DNA of 64,000 bases from Paraphysomonas bandaiensis (taxonomy: Eukaryota > Protista > Chrysophyceae): assembly GCA_965644295.1 (NCBI GenBank), contig CBFFRP010000214.1:26944-90943 (forward strand), written 5' to 3'. Each line of letters begins with the position of its first letter. Position 1 is the first letter of the stretch. Shown one piece after another: positions 47,826-59,916 of the stretch. The position numbers and the translations under genes are program-made. A model generated the notes under the pieces. That model did not search any database, had not been told where the DNA came from, and was given only the letters and a program-made list of their open reading frames with translations.

Positions 47826-48160
47826 ACTTGTATGGACTCATTTGCATACCATGGCAATTTGATGTAAGATATGAATAAATTACTAAATTACTTTTCTCGT
47901 ACTACTAGAAAAGTGTTTTCATATAGGAATAGGACAAAATTTTAAGCCTACAAAGCTCACGTTCCAATGTCATGTCCACTGTCCACCCATCAGCGACAAA
48001 TACTTCTTTATCATTGATGTAGTTGTTCGTTCGATATTATGTCCAGCCTATATATATATATCTCATCATAATGTAATTATGTCAAATATTGCACCAGTGC
48101 AGCTTGACCTTCTGCCCTACAAGAAAAGCTACACATGTTGTACTACGCGCTCTATCATAT

Positions 48161-48985
48161 TTATTTAACTATAAATGTAAAACCAGCTAATATAAACAAT
48201 ATAAAAACTCCACGGACCCTTATTACAGCTTTAACACGGGACGGACTGAACGAATAAAGTCGGTGCAATCTGATATAAGAGTACACTTCAGAATGCAGCA
48301 TCCTGAGCAAAAACCTGCTCTCAGTTTGGAATGGCCACATTGGATATGCGTTTGCTGCTCGGACTGCCGTGCTTGAAATTCCTTCGAGATCATGTACATG
48401 GTGCACAATACAGTGAGCAAGATACTTGTGATGTAGGCTGGTACAATCTACCCCTCCGCGATAAACAACGTGAACACGACACTCCTTTAGCAGACTAGAG
48501 TATATAAACGACAAGAAAGTTACAGTAATAATGTACACACCTGACACCCTCTTTCCATTTACCGCTAGCAAGATCATTATACGTGTCGCTACCCAGTATT
48601 AGGTGGATACTAGCTTTCGTCCAAGAACTGACAAAGCGCACCGTATCAATGGTACCATGATGTCCGCCACAAGCTTCATTCACCAGTTTCTCAATAGGGC
48701 TGACATAAACTCTGCATTGGGGAGATGATAGATCTTCCATGGACATTCTACACATGTCCAGCCTTCTATCAAATGACTCCAACACCTTCGCAGAATACTG
48801 ATGTCGATATACAGGCAAGACCCAAACTTCATCGAATGACCCACTCAACACCAAGAAACGTACAATGCGTGTATGGGCATCAGTTGGAGGATTGGCTGTC
48901 ATGGATTCATTTACTACGAAAAAGAGCTAGAAGGCATACTACCTGAAAGTCCGAATAATGCCAGATTTTTCCCTGCTAAATCCAT
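48161..48985 (-). CDS. NadD/NMNAT-like nucleotidyltransferase with a C-terminal hydrophobic tail; 3 exons
   Basis: LFGLS|ANPPTDAH (intron 48896-48942), FDEVWVLPV, ILGSDTY, ISSTAVR, VYSYIRLHRLY. Confidence 0.8.
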
Positions 48986-49276
48986 GAATCTCTAAAACAA
49001 ATTCCAACTGCCGCAGTACATGACTACAAAATGAAATCTAAGTCCCTTGAGTGATATATACACAACAGCAACCGGAGGAGGAGTTTATGCATATACAGAG
49101 AATACGGCGTATTGGTGTGAGAGACTACAACACAATACAGCAGTACATGATATGTTGGTATGCAGTATGCTGGTGTGCCGTACTGTGTGTATGCTCACAA
49201 GACCATTCGAGATTCGTGACACTTCATCCTCTTGATAATTTTGTTGCATGAATTAGTTCGTGATTATATTTCACTT

Positions 49277-50110
49277 ATGGCTGCTTTCCCAGCTGTTAAG
49301 CTGTTGGCTCTGTAAGTTTGCTTAGCATCTCTCGCTGATGTCTTTAAAATACACCCCATAGTTTTGTAAGGACTCTGGCGAAACCTGTTGCGAACAAAAT
49401 GAAGAAGGAAGCAGCAAACCATCCATCTTTTTCGTCGTTATGTGATTTTGTGGGACAGAAAATTCACCACACAACTTCTCGGGCTAATGTAGTTGCGATG
49501 GGGTACCTTCTCAGAGGCATGTAGTGTAATGCTCTAATTTATCAGTAAGGTACAAATTTGTTGGTGTGAAGCCGCTGCCGAAGGAGGAGGCAGTCGCAAA
49601 AGGAGTTAATTTTTTGAGCGAAGTGTTCATATTTGCTGTGGCTGGAACAGTAATTACACTGGAGGTGCGTCAAGAGTTATCTCTGTGTAGAATTGAATGT
49701 CTTTGGTATAATCTTCAGACATGGCGGTCAGAGCACCATAATGCACTGAAAAGTGCGGCGAACAAAGCCAAAGAAGATGAGAAAAATGCGGTGGGACAAT
49801 GAGCAGTCGCTGTATAATCTGCCTGAAGACACGATTTAGTAACTGCACTATCTCAGGAACTGGAGAAGAGATTCAGAGATCTTGAAGACCTCGTAGACGA
49901 CTTAGTACGTTCCCTCCCTGAAAAGTCGCAGGTGAGCTGCTCTTTTTCTTACCTTCTTGACTGTTCCAACACTACTGACAGGCCAATTACCACCGATTGA
50001 GAAGAATTCGTGGGGGAGAAATTGATAACGATGAGCCCTCTATGGAGAGTTGCATCAAACGGAATAGCGGACTTGACCTCAGCTGGCTAACCAAGTTATT
50101 AGGATTATAG
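49277..50110 (+). CDS. OPA3: OPA3-like mitochondrial protein; 6 exons
   Basis: PAVKLLAL|FVRTLAKPVAN, VKPLPKEEAVAKGVNFLSEVFIFAVAG; five short GT-AG introns. Confidence 0.9.
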
Positions 50111-50750
50111 TTCATCTTCTCTGCTTTATATTACTGTATATCACATTTTCGTTCAATAAAATGCAAGGGTCTGTCGCACTATTTTTATGCAGAAATCACG
50201 GTTGTACAACTTTTCCTACATGCGTATTAATATTGCATTCACATCAGTTTCCTATTCTGACAGTGGAAGTAGCCTTTGTTGAGCTTAAACGAGTTGCTAT
50301 AGATCCATTGTACACTGACGAGACGTGTATTCATAGTAGTGATGTGAAGATTCTGTCTACAGCATTGAATTGAGAGGGAGTGTTGAGTATTGTGATAAAG
50401 AGCAATTAAAGCTGAATTTTAAGGATTAAGAATTATAGCCATTACTGAAACAGCACAGAAGAGTCAATATTATACGAAATTTAATGAAAGGCTATGACAG
50501 GGCCTAGTAGCCATTAATGGATGCCCAGTTCCCGGCAATTATAATGACCACTATTACGTAACTAGATAATATAGCATGTAGCTCGCTCTGCACTGCTCTA
50601 TACATGTACACAACTTCTCTAAATATAATCATATTTACAGCTGCTTTTGATGTCCGACTTAATCTTACTGTGTCAAGTGTCAATGAGCTAATGAGCTCAG
50701 TTGTAGCAAAGAGAAGAGGAACATACAAGGAGATGTGTCGAAGGTATATA

Positions 50751-51389
50751 TATTGAAAGTCTTATTATTAGCAATAGGCGTTAAAAACCTGCACCAACTT
50801 AGTAGTGTTGGGTTCTGCTATATGAGAGCAATTGAAAGCTGTAGTTGTAAGGTATTTAAATTACAGTAGTATACAGTTGTAGTCTTGCTAATCGTACTGT
50901 GAGAATGAATGACGATAAGTATATTATAGTGGTAAAGGAATGTAGTGACGATGCAAGTTGTAGTGACGAAGTAAGATCGTCGTACGATGAATGCTAGACA
51001 AACTAGTTAGACATCTACCTGTAACTAATCAGTACACACTTTTTTAACCTTCTATTTCACGCTCGGAAGCTGCTTGTGCGTCGCCGCAAGCACCAAGGTG
51101 CGACCACTTCCTCTCAGAGTTCTTAAGCTTCAGCAGGCAGCCCAATACCCCGGTTACCCTTCAGGTGGGCCCATTCCCGATATTCTATTTAATCGTCAGG
51201 ACCCAAAGACGTCTACACAAGTGACACTTATTGGTGTTCCTTGTGCCACACAAAAATTCGGCTATGAGTGGGCAGAAGAATATCCGCTGACTATGTTTGC
51301 GGCTCAAGTTAGTTTCCCAGAGAGAGAATCTCTCCGGTACTTATCCCCCAGAATACCACAAAAAGATGCGAGTCCGACTTTGTTGAGGG
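50751..51389 (-). mobile_element. SR1 full-length copy interrupted near its 3' end by an LTR-like fragment (about 50806-50987)
   Basis: Head 51299-51389, tail hairpin 51070-51110, terminus rc AACGCCTATTGCTAATAATAAGACTTTCAAT; the insert begins TGTTGG and resembles 50382 and 55901. Confidence 0.88.
51299..51389 (-). ncRNA. Candidate HDV-like ribozyme head with the best-preserved P4
   Basis: rc CCCTCAAC AAA GTCGGACTCGC ATC TTTTTGT GGT ATTCTGGG GG ATAAGTA CCGGAGAGA TTC TCTCTCTGG GAAACTAAC TTGAGCCGC; P4 is a 9-bp stem (one G-U). Confidence 0.6.
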
Positions 51390-51559
51390 TGACGAAGGTA
51401 GAAGACCTATACTATCCTTTGACAAGTAGACCTGCTAATGGGGAAATTAAAGTAGACTTGCTACACGGCCAAACCAGTCTGCTACCAGAAAGCAGAAAGG
51501 ATAAATGTCACAAGATGGTCCTATCTTCAGGTTCTGCTCAAGTGGTGTCGTATAAGAGA

Positions 51560-52825
51560 TAAAAGTGATCAAGTATCAAGAATCACATGCCACAAGATAT
51601 CTGATGTAGTGACTGATATGATTCCTACTTCTCTACAGAATTCTGATGTCACCGTCCTACTTCTCGGCGACTTAAGAAATGTGTACTTCCAATCCATGTG
51701 AACGCCTTTTGAGCGCAGCTAGACTTATTGTCTCAGTGCTGCGCAAAAGTATGCATCCTACTACACTTGATAATATATTATTTATATATATTATGATGTT
51801 GTTTCGGAAAGCTATTCGGCACTTGTGGTCGGGTGCATATTTCAATTAGTTTTGAATGAATGTGGTGATATATATATATATAGTAACATGAAATCATAAT
51901 AATATTACAATAATTATAATTGACTTCAGCTTGCTTCAATTAATTGATCAAAATACCATATCATATATTTGAGGTAGTAGTACTGATGTAGCTATATATG
52001 GCAGCTAATGTAATTTAGTATGAAATAAGAATTGCAATTTTAATGTTACTTTTAGTATCTACTACTACTCACCAACTAAACCTGGTAAAATCACTTTACC
52101 AGGTTTGGGTATCACACAGCCGCTTTTAATTGCAATATTTCCAATTATTGTTTAATTAGCTTAGTTACTCATTACAAGCACGAATAGCATCTGCAACCGT
52201 TCTTGCACACCATAGAAGTCTCTATTAAAGCGCAAGAGAACATAAGAAGGTCCTCTAATCGATGAGGTACTATAGAATGCGCAGATCACTGGTGTTGATT
52301 TTTGCTCTACTGAAAGCGTTTTTACACAATTAGTAGTGCGTAGTCGCTTTTGTTATTGGTGCGCTTGGTGTCTTCTCGTCAGTGAGTCGACACCATCATC
52401 TTCTTTTTTCTTTTTTTCATCAGTTCTGTCCAACAGAAACCGTTTGAGCTGCACCTTCTCAGGTCGAGTGAGAGTGTCCCCCAATCCGCTATATATATGT
52501 TGTGCATATTTATGTCCGCATCCGCACCAAGGTGTTGGCTAGTACTAGAGAGTTTCTAAAGTAAATAAAAACGAAGAAATTTATAATGAGAGGCCACAAC
52601 CTTCCCACCATTTTAACAGTCATTATAATAGCCATGAAGAAGCGTCATGGCCATCGTCTTTAATGTTTTCCAAGTTTTAATTCTAATATATATATATGTT
52701 CGTATACTATATAGTAAATATTGGCCAATCAATTACAATTTAATTGCAACCTTCAAGCTAGCAATTATAATTGCAATTACAATTACAATTAATTGCTATT
52801 CAATTAATTGTTATACGCAGCCCTG
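51560..52825. mobile_element. Decayed hAT remnants (family B-like at about 51560-51860 on +; family D at about 52120-52825 on -)
   Basis: TSNPCERL..ARLIVSVLRKSMHP remnant; TIR ...TATACGCAGCCCTG at 52825 and HLGADADI..LTRPEKVQLKRFL remnant. Confidence 0.7.
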
Positions 52826-53240
52826 ACAATGAATAATAGGAGTGTGTGAGTTCAATGTTCAATGTACAGAGTTCAAAAAGTTTTTTTTATCCTTATGTCA
52901 AATACTTATGGAATGTGGTATTTACAGAGTTTAGCTTCCCTTCCCTTATAAGGATGTGCATCGCAAGTGTAGAGATATAACTGAAGAACTGAAGTCATTT
53001 TGGCTATAAGTTGAAATTGCGATTACTTGGAGCAGCGCTTACAACGGGTAGAATATTAGGACGCTAGTGACGTAAATATCGCCATCATGATGCGTCAGAA
53101 GCCCGCAACCATCTGCTTATTGCAGCACAGATTCCATTTACAATTATTACATAAAATATGTGGTCAATGAAATAGTCTCATTTCATTTAAGCCATCACCA
53201 CATACATCTGTTTCACAGGATCACGAAATACAAGGCTAAG

Positions 53241-55030
53241 CTAATTATGATCAATTCCACCATTTGATGTATCCACTGTTCTCTTAAATTCTCTTTTACG
53301 TCGAAACTGTGACTTAATTTGTGCCAAACTAACAGACTCTGAAACTTTCGTCCTGGCTCTTCTCTGTTGCTCAGACAGTATAACTTCCGTAACTAACTCT
53401 CGATCGCACGGGGATAAATCCACCCCAAAGAGAACCTGCGACGAAATTAGGTACAGAGCAAGTTAAACTTTAAGGCTGAGCACCTGCAACCGGTTTTGAA
53501 GAACACTTTGTAAGCATTCCACATTAGATGCATCAGCACCTTGTAGCTGCAGTGCTGCTTCCTTCTTCAATTCACTGCAACAATACTGTAGCGGGTTGCC
53601 CCTACCCAACCAACCACTAACAAGCTCACAGGCCAGCTCCTCTACCACCACTGCAACAGCAATGATGGCACTCGGCATCACTCTTCCTGTCAGTCTTCGC
53701 CGCTTTGTACACTTCTGCTCAGCCATTGCCGAGATACACTCAACCATGTCTCTTGTAGGGCTCGCAGCATGAGCGTGGGAAGGTGGAGCAACATCCGCGC
53801 TCGACTCATCTTCAAACAATGACGATACACGATGCGCAAAGGAGCCATCCTCGCGGATCCTGTCGCAGTACATCTGGCACCTACGAGACAGGGCGGCACT
53901 CTCTAACAGGGTATTGGATGACGAAAAACTGGGATGCACTTCCTTTCTGATCGAGGCTTGTTCAGATTCTGCCAAAAGGGAGGCTAACCTAAGACAGCAT
54001 TACAACACATCTCCAGAGCATGGGTGTCCCATTAAATGTCGACCCACCTTGCCCTCTTGCGCGTGCGTGAACAGAGTAGATATTCATTTGCAGATGGGGG
54101 TACTGCATGCAGCTTCGCGTCACTGCTAGTTATATTTCCTATCATACTTGCAGTGACATATTTCGAGAAATCTGTGCTCTGGTTGGATGGAAGTAGATCA
54201 GATGCTGCTACATAGGCGGCCGTTACCTCAGAGGCAGGTCCCTCATCGCATCTAAGCCCTGCAAGTAGCATGTCACCGCGAACTGACATGTGCTGAGGCA
54301 AACTCTCAAAAGACTCGGGTACTGATTGAAGTGATGGAGCAGGCAGTGCCCGGAATATGTCCTGCACGAGATCCACGTAATACGGGAACATCCATAAATG
54401 CTTTTCACCAAGTTCCCAGTCAAGTAATCGTCTATCCAGAGACACAATCGCATCGCATGACACAGGAATCGCAGTTGACATTTGCATGCTGAAATGGTTG
54501 TTCATACCGCTCCACATACTTAACCGCCCAGAGTCAAACGAATAAACGTAAGTGTAAGAACTCTGCATCGATATCATGTTCCTGTTGGACTCATGGGTGA
54601 GCACATGAGGACCACGACTGTTCGTCTTGATATGAACAGCTCGTTCAAGAAACGACGCAACGATAGTGTGTACGTCACTTTCTCGCACAACATCCACGGT
54701 AGTTATCTTAGTTTTAGTAGAAAAAGTTGCCTGATATAAGTTTACAGCAAGCTGATGACCAACAATTAGATTCATATGATTAGATTCATATGCACTAGCA
54801 GTTCTAATTACCTCAATTGAAAATTTTATCAACGCTGCGATTTCAAAACCCTGCAGCGCTTCCCGTTGCAGAGCGCGAGGCACACTGAATTCATATATAT
54901 TGACCGCCCTTTTGCTATAGCACAGTAAACATCACGCTAAAGAATTCCTCAATATATCACATACTCTGATTGCAGTGGTATGTTCTCCGCAGTGCCGAAT
55001 GAGACAAAAACCTTTGACGAGGAAATGGAA
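53241..55030 (-). CDS. Multi-exon gene of unknown function (start uncertain)
   Basis: Three consecutive same-strand ORFs (54032-54883, 53463-53975, 53241-53423) separated by intron-sized gaps; coding-like GC; no recognised motif. Confidence 0.55.
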
Positions 55031-57091
55031 CTCAATCCTTTTCTTTTGCGATACACACAAAAATGAGAAAGAAGAGGCATTTGATCCCGTCTTTATATAA
55101 TTGTGCCGGGCTAGTGACGGCCACTACTCCAGATCTGGTTAACCCTCATCAACTCTCTTCTCTTCTCTGCTTCGTCTGTTTGCTGCAATGCGGAGTAGGA
55201 ATACTGTACGTATACCACAGTATTCTATACACCACAGTATTCTATACTGCAGTCAAGCAAGGGAAAAACTGAAAATCGCAGCATTTTAGTAGGAAAAATT
55301 GTTGTCTGCCTTCCGCAAAGATACCATCACTCACCGCTTTAAGCAGGAAACTTGTGTTGTTATCGAGACCCTGCTTCAAAGGACTACGAAGTTCGTGGTG
55401 CGAATGTTGTATGGCAGTAGAGGGCAGTTCGTATTTCTCTCAAGGCAGTTGTGCACAATATATTGACTATGGGAAACGTCGATTGGATGCATTTGACCCA
55501 GAAAAAGTTGCTGTCATGCGTAAACATGTCGAGTGAGGATATCATACTGAAGGAGGAAACAATGCAACAGAAAAGCATCAGATGAGTGTTGCAAAAACGC
55601 TGCAGAAACAGCCCGATTTAATGCTCTGTCCCTGGTTGCGCAGGATGTCGAGAAGACTGCCATTCTAGCTGTTAAAAGTGCTAAAGTACTAGATCCTGCT
55701 AATGAAGTGACTAGAGTACATGAACTTTAAGCACAATTGGAGTGTAATAGAATTTTCACTTCCTCTCGGCAATTTAAGGATTTTGTAGTTACCTTCAATT
55801 CTTGCTACAGAGCATTGGTATATCTATAAAGTCTCTATTTATGTTTTGATTATTTCGTAGTGATATTGCAAACTATTTTATAAAGATGACAGTAGTAAGG
55901 GTTGAGTTTTGTTGTTTGAGAGCAATTATAAGCCGTAGTTCTAAGGTATATGAATTATGACCGTACTTGAATATTGAATACAATAGTATTAGGATTCAGC
56001 TTAATACATGATTGTATCTGTGAGTTATAATGTTAAATGAAATATACCATGAACTGAATTAGAGAGAGTATCTGTCGAAGATACGTGATCGTCATCATAA
56101 CGTCGTCATTATCAGTTACACTTCTAACTATTCCGTTATGCATGATAGCTACGTTCTATATTATTATTCATAATTTTCACTCTATCGTGTTCATTACTGA
56201 CACTCTAATAATCACAACATTGTTTTACTATTATAAAGATCAATTCTTTATTAATAATGATGATAATACAACACGAACTATTGCGACGATAGGAAAAATA
56301 GCAGTGAAATTGAAATATATTGACTGTGAGAATGATTGATATAAATAGTTGAGATAGCATGAATTTGGCGAATGACAATGAATGTTTATAATTTATAATT
56401 CCAGTATTGTGTACATCATTACGTTCTGCTATTTAAGTCTTTATCTATTAAATTTAACTTGTAGTAGTACAGTATTGACTGAATTACATTAAGAGGGATA
56501 TAGTGAAATAAATTATGATGTCAAAAGCACAACTTAAATCGACATTTTTTGAAAAATTACCAGATTTAGAGCGTTCACCAGGGTTTGGTCATCACATCAA
56601 CTTATAGTGTGTAGTAGTCAACCAAAACACCAGCAGATGGGACTCCACATTTCCAATGATTGACGGCTATTGGTTTCTATCTACTGGTCACTTCTTGCTA
56701 AAAATAGCAGCAACTAAATTGTAATTAACATTAACCCTAGTCTCCAATAATAAGTAGTACTTATATATATATATGAAACCTGGTGGAATTACTTTATCAG
56801 GATTTCTCACGATCACACCGACTTTATAATGATAATATACTGTATGCCAAGTCTAATTCCAAGTTAAATAATATGGAGCATTTATTTCAAGCTGGTGCAA
56901 CTCTATTGAAATTCTTTCAAAATGTCTACCAGTAAATTTACAGGAGGAAGGTAAACACATTAATGCTTTTTCTGAAAAGAGGCAGCAGTCGTAAAGATTC
57001 AAGGTGCAACAAAAAGCGTTACTTACTATCCGGACAGACGGTAGAAAAGGATTATAAATTAATATTATATATAATATTATCGTCGCCTTCT

Positions 57092-57789
57092 CCCTCACAA
57101 CAAAGTCGGATTGCACCTTTATTCGTGGTGTCCTGGGTATTGGAGCACAATACAACTGCACCTTTTTTTCGCTGGACTTCGTACCCTCGAAATTATAGCA
57201 GTTGTTTCCCTTCTTCAACCGCTTTACGCTGCTGCCAAACAAATGCTCCAGGACCGCAGTTGTCGTCACGATGTCGCACCCAAAGGGCCACATCGCCTCC
57301 CCCCGAAACCGCGTCCACAATATATATGTGGAAACACACGCGGCGAAATTCGCGGGTTCCCCGCAGACCGCGATAAAAACGTGATAACACACAATTGAAA
57401 TGTAGCAACACCCAGCGGAAACAGCAGGTTCTACGCGTACTACGTGTAAAAATCGGAGACCTAACGCGCCCGGGCCCCTCAGGTCCTCTTCCTCTTCAAC
57501 TTCTCCCGCCTCAGCGGATATGCCACGATGCCAACTCCATCAGCTACTCCTCTGCCCAAGTCCAACTCACGGCCCGAACCATTTCAAGACACACCGGAGT
57601 CCCAATCTACCCCCTCGCCCATGTATCTCAGGATAGGAACGTTCGACCCACTAATACAGAATTCACCTTCACAAAGTCCTGCGGTGCCGTACTCCAAGGG
57701 GCGTCCCCTGACTAACCCCTTCTGTACCTCACGTTCATAGAGAGCTTCTCCCTCACATATACACGAACGAAAGTGGCAGAGCCAACAAT
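57092..57789 (+). mobile_element. SR1-type 5' head fused to a non-LTR ORF C-terminal remnant
   Basis: CCCTCACAACAAAGTCGGATTGCACCTTTATTCGTGGTGTCCTGGG followed by PLYAAAKQMLQDRS..PHRLPPKPRP. Confidence 0.65.
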
Positions 57790-59596
57790 TATGCTCCAGT
57801 GGTAAAAGCGGTAACAGTGAGATTGCTTTTAGCAATCGCTTTTGTTATGAATATGGTGGTGCATCAACTCGACGTATCTAATGCATTTTTGTATGCAGAT
57901 ATACAAGGAGATGTGTATATATATGTATGCTACACCAGATTTTAAATTGCCACCAGGACATTGTTTTAAACTGAAGAAAAGTTTATATGTGGTCTTCGAA
58001 GCTCACCACGGTCATGGTAAATGTCTTAACAAGTTTATTATTAAGTCCTTGCATTTTATATCATGTATGTATACTTGACCCATGTTTATATTTTACACGG
58101 ATCAGGGGTGAATTAGTTCTGTTAGTAATATATGTAGATGATATGCTGATAGCATGTATGTCGAGATACGAGTATTATTTTGGAAATTAAGCGACGAGTA
58201 TGTGAAAGGTTCGATATTACAGATATGAATGAGATTAGCCAGTTTTTGAACGTGAGAGTGACGAGAACTCAGAATTGTCTTAAACTTGACCAGACAGTGT
58301 GTACATCAAAAAGATATTGGCGAAGTATGTGGATTTTCTGGGTCCAAGGGACAAGACTCGGCGATACCCACTACCTAGTGATGTCATGGATAGGATCAAA
58401 GTGGGAGTGGAACATGTGCATTCGACTGAAGAGCAGGAATTAGTTGACAATTTTCCTTATAGTCCACTAATAGGAGCGTTACTCTATTTATCTATGAATA
58501 CAAGGCCGGATATATCATATGCAGTGGGAGTATTGTCACGATTCTTAACGAAAGTGAATATCACTGTATGTAAACTAATGATACATTTAATGCAGTATGT
58601 ACGAGGTACTACGGAAAAAGGCATTCAATATAGAGGGAAGATTTTGATCTTCATATGTTCACGGATGCTGACTGGGCGGGTGATCCGTTGACGAGGAGAT
58701 CAACTTCAGGTTATGTTATGTGTGGAGTTGGTGGACCACTATCGTGGGGCTCCAAACTTCAGTCTACTGTAGCTACATCGACTATGCAAGCAGAGTATCA
58801 ATGCTTATATAATGGATTACAGGAAATGATATCGTCTCGGGGGGTGACTGGAGAAGTAGGGTTGAAAATAGACGAGCCCACACCATTATTCCTGGATAGT
58901 CAAAGTGCTCAGGATATATCGGAAAATCCAGTGCAACATCAACGATCGAAACATATCGAGATTAAGTATCATATGATTAGAGAGCATGTAGATCCCGAAC
59001 AGTTTAATACAGCGAAATTAATTCATGTGAGCAGTCGACAACAGATGGCTGTGTGTGGTCCAATATTCATTGAACAGAGGGAGCGAAATCTTGGGGAAAA
59101 ATTTAAGACTACTGCACAAATTATCGCAGAGGTACCCAAGGTAAAGAGAGTTCGTCGTAACTAGTTAGAGGTGAACGAATGGTGGGAGCTAGCTATACCA
59201 GCGGAGTCATACGTCCACCAGTGTCCTATGAGGTTCGGTGGTTGCGTATCCGATAGCAATGTTCTTCACAAATTTTAGAATGTTTAACTACATCCAATTG
59301 AGTGGGAGTGTTGAGTTCTGCAATATGATGTGATATATATTGTGCAGTTGAAGTGAGTTAACAGTGTGCAATAGGTAAAGTCAACTCATAGGTGTAACGG
59401 GTGATTATAGTTACAAAGGAATTAAATTCAGTTACTGATGTGTGACTATACAAGATATAGAACTGACTGATGAACATATGATAAACAGATGTTGCTAAGA
59501 ACAGATGTTTCAACATATGTTACACGAATATGTAGTGAAGTGTTCAGAATAATAATCATAATTTATTTCTTACTTGAAAGTCCGTTGTATTCAACA
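57790..59596 (+). mobile_element. Decayed 5'-truncated Copia (RT-RNase H pseudogene, PPT, 3' LTR 59309-59596)
   Basis: YAPVVK, HQLDVSNAF, YVDD, FTDADWAG, RSKHIEIKYH with frameshifts; TTGAGTGGGAG|TGTTGA...TCAACA. Confidence 0.9.
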
Positions 59597-59916
59597 GAGC
59601 AAGGTTAAGGTTTACGTGTAGAGCAAAGTTAACTTCAGTGAAATGTCCAATTCGAACAGGGGCAGCAATAGTATTAGTATTGTATTGCTTACTTTTTATA
59701 ACCATAAAAGTAAAGGTACACTAACCCTAATTCTAATCAAAAAGTTTTGTTAACCCAATACTTATAACCCTATCCCAAATCGAATAGTTTGAACCTAATC
59801 CTAGCTCTGTATTTTATAATAGTATCAAAATACCCTACGCATGATATCTTGCCAGAGCTCCTGTGAAATACATTGCGGATTTATGTAAGAACCAGGTCAA
59901 AATACAAATTGTTTCA

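Noticed and set aside
51074-51562. 162-aa ORF
   Set aside because: Antisense read-through of an SR1 copy; the frame is not preserved in other copies.
55330-55730. Possible small gene divergent from the 53241-55030 gene
   Set aside because: Coding-like composition and one acceptor-like site, but I could not build a consistent spliced ORF or recognise a family.
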